Part shown: positions 63,358 to 64,000 of the stretch, piece by piece
How the letters are laid out: every line of letters begins with the position of its first letter
Numbering within the stretch: position 1 is the stretch's first letter
Assembly: GCA_964361405.1 (NCBI GenBank)
Contig: CAYIAA010000001.1
Span: 20,917-84,916, forward strand
Direction of reading: 5' to 3'
DNA from: an uncultured Candidatus Saccharibacteria bacterium
Lineage (GTDB): Bacteria > Patescibacteriota > Minisyncoccia > Phycocordibacterales > UBA3531
DNA: 64,000 bases
Notes under the pieces: generated by a model
Database searches by the model: none
Seen by the model: only the letters and a program-made list of their open reading frames with translations
What the model was told of the DNA's origin: nothing
Translations under genes and position numbers: made by a program

Positions 63358-64000
63358 ATGTTTCCCACGCGTGATATTCTCGACTCTGGAAAGGGGACAG
63401 CATCTCGCCTCTTCTCTTTCCATATTTTCGTATTTTTTTCCTCACTACTCATCATCCTTGTTCTCGGAGTATCTCTTCCGAGTTTTGCCCAAGTGCCCAC
63501 GGGCGCTGACGTGGACGCTCGGAAAGCTGCACTCGAAGCGGACCTCTTAGCCCTCGAGAAACAAATAGAAGCCCAACGTGAGCTTCTCGGTGCAAAGCAA
63601 CGTGAAGGTGTATCTCTCGAGCGCGATGTCGCGATTTTGAATGTTCAAATCAATAAAGCGAAACTCGAAATCAAAGCGAGAAATCTTGTCGTCGATCGAC
63701 TTGGAGGGGAAATCAATACACGAGGGGACAAGATTGACAATCTAAACGCAAAGATTGACCGTGAGCGACAGTCACTCGCCCAACTCATTCGAAAGACACG
63801 CCAACTCGAATCTGCGTCCCTCGTTGAAATCGTTCTCGCAAATAAAGATCTTTCAGATCTCTTGGTTGATCTCGATTCGTTCGAGTTCATTCAAGCCGCG
63901 ATGCAGGAATCATTTGTGGAACTCCGTGACATCCGTACGGCAACAGAAGAGGAAAAGAAAGTACTTGAAGAAAAAAGGCTTGATGAAGTCGAACTCCGGA
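63358..64000 (+). CDS. Secreted coiled-coil protein (PcsB/CwlO/EnvC-like N-terminus), truncated by window end
   Basis: GGAGG RBS, signal peptide, long heptad helix RKAALEADLLALEKQIEAQ...; frame open to 64000. Confidence 0.7.
   Translation, partial: MFPTRDILDSGKGTASRLFSFHIFVFFSSLLIILVLGVSLPSFAQVPTGADVDARKAALEADLLALEKQIEAQRELLGAKQREGVSLERDVAILNVQINKAKLEIKARNLVVDRLGGEINTRGDKIDNLNAKIDRERQSLAQLIRKTRQLESASLVEIVLANKDLSDLLVDLDSFEFIQAAMQESFVELRDIRTATEEEKKVLEEKRLDEVELR

Noticed and set aside
1-64000. CRISPR array, rRNA, transposase/integrase, reverse transcriptase
   Set aside because: No regularly spaced repeats, rRNA-like sequence or corresponding protein motifs were seen by eye

Overview
Chromosomal window of a small-genome bacterium, most likely Patescibacteria/CPR (Parcubacteria-like). 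This is inferred from tightly packed genes with few Shine-Dalgarno motifs, apparently leaderless promoters, a split transketolase, and CPR-style surface and DGR-target-like proteins. Positions 1-34.6 kb hold a ~30-gene surface-glycan locus: GT4s, an SGNH/SxtJ/carbamoyltransferase/SxtK module, two AsnB amidotransferases, two TagF-like GT-B proteins, five methyltransferases, NeuC/NeuA, a sulfotransferase, an ABC flippase and an O-antigen-ligase/TPR protein. The locus contains two unusual fusions: LicC-like nucleotidyltransferase + glycerate 2-kinase, and pyruvate kinase barrel + ATP sulfurylase. Together they suggest a self-contained phosphoglycerate/glyceramide and sulfate glycan-decoration system. 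Positions 34.6-64 kb are mostly housekeeping (secA, tRNA-Pro, pyrE, murB, nth, mutY, ndh, gatB, gap, rpiB, rpe, tkt N/C, rplY). They are interrupted by small accessory elements: a candidate ~195-nt structured ncRNA, a 29-aa K/R-rich peptide gene, a low-GC NYN nuclease gene facing a convergent promoter-driven hairpin RNA, a tRNA 3'-end duplication, a high-GC orphan immunity-like gene, and a DGR-target-like gene inserted between the transketolase halves. All calls come from reading motifs by eye; no database search or folding program was run.
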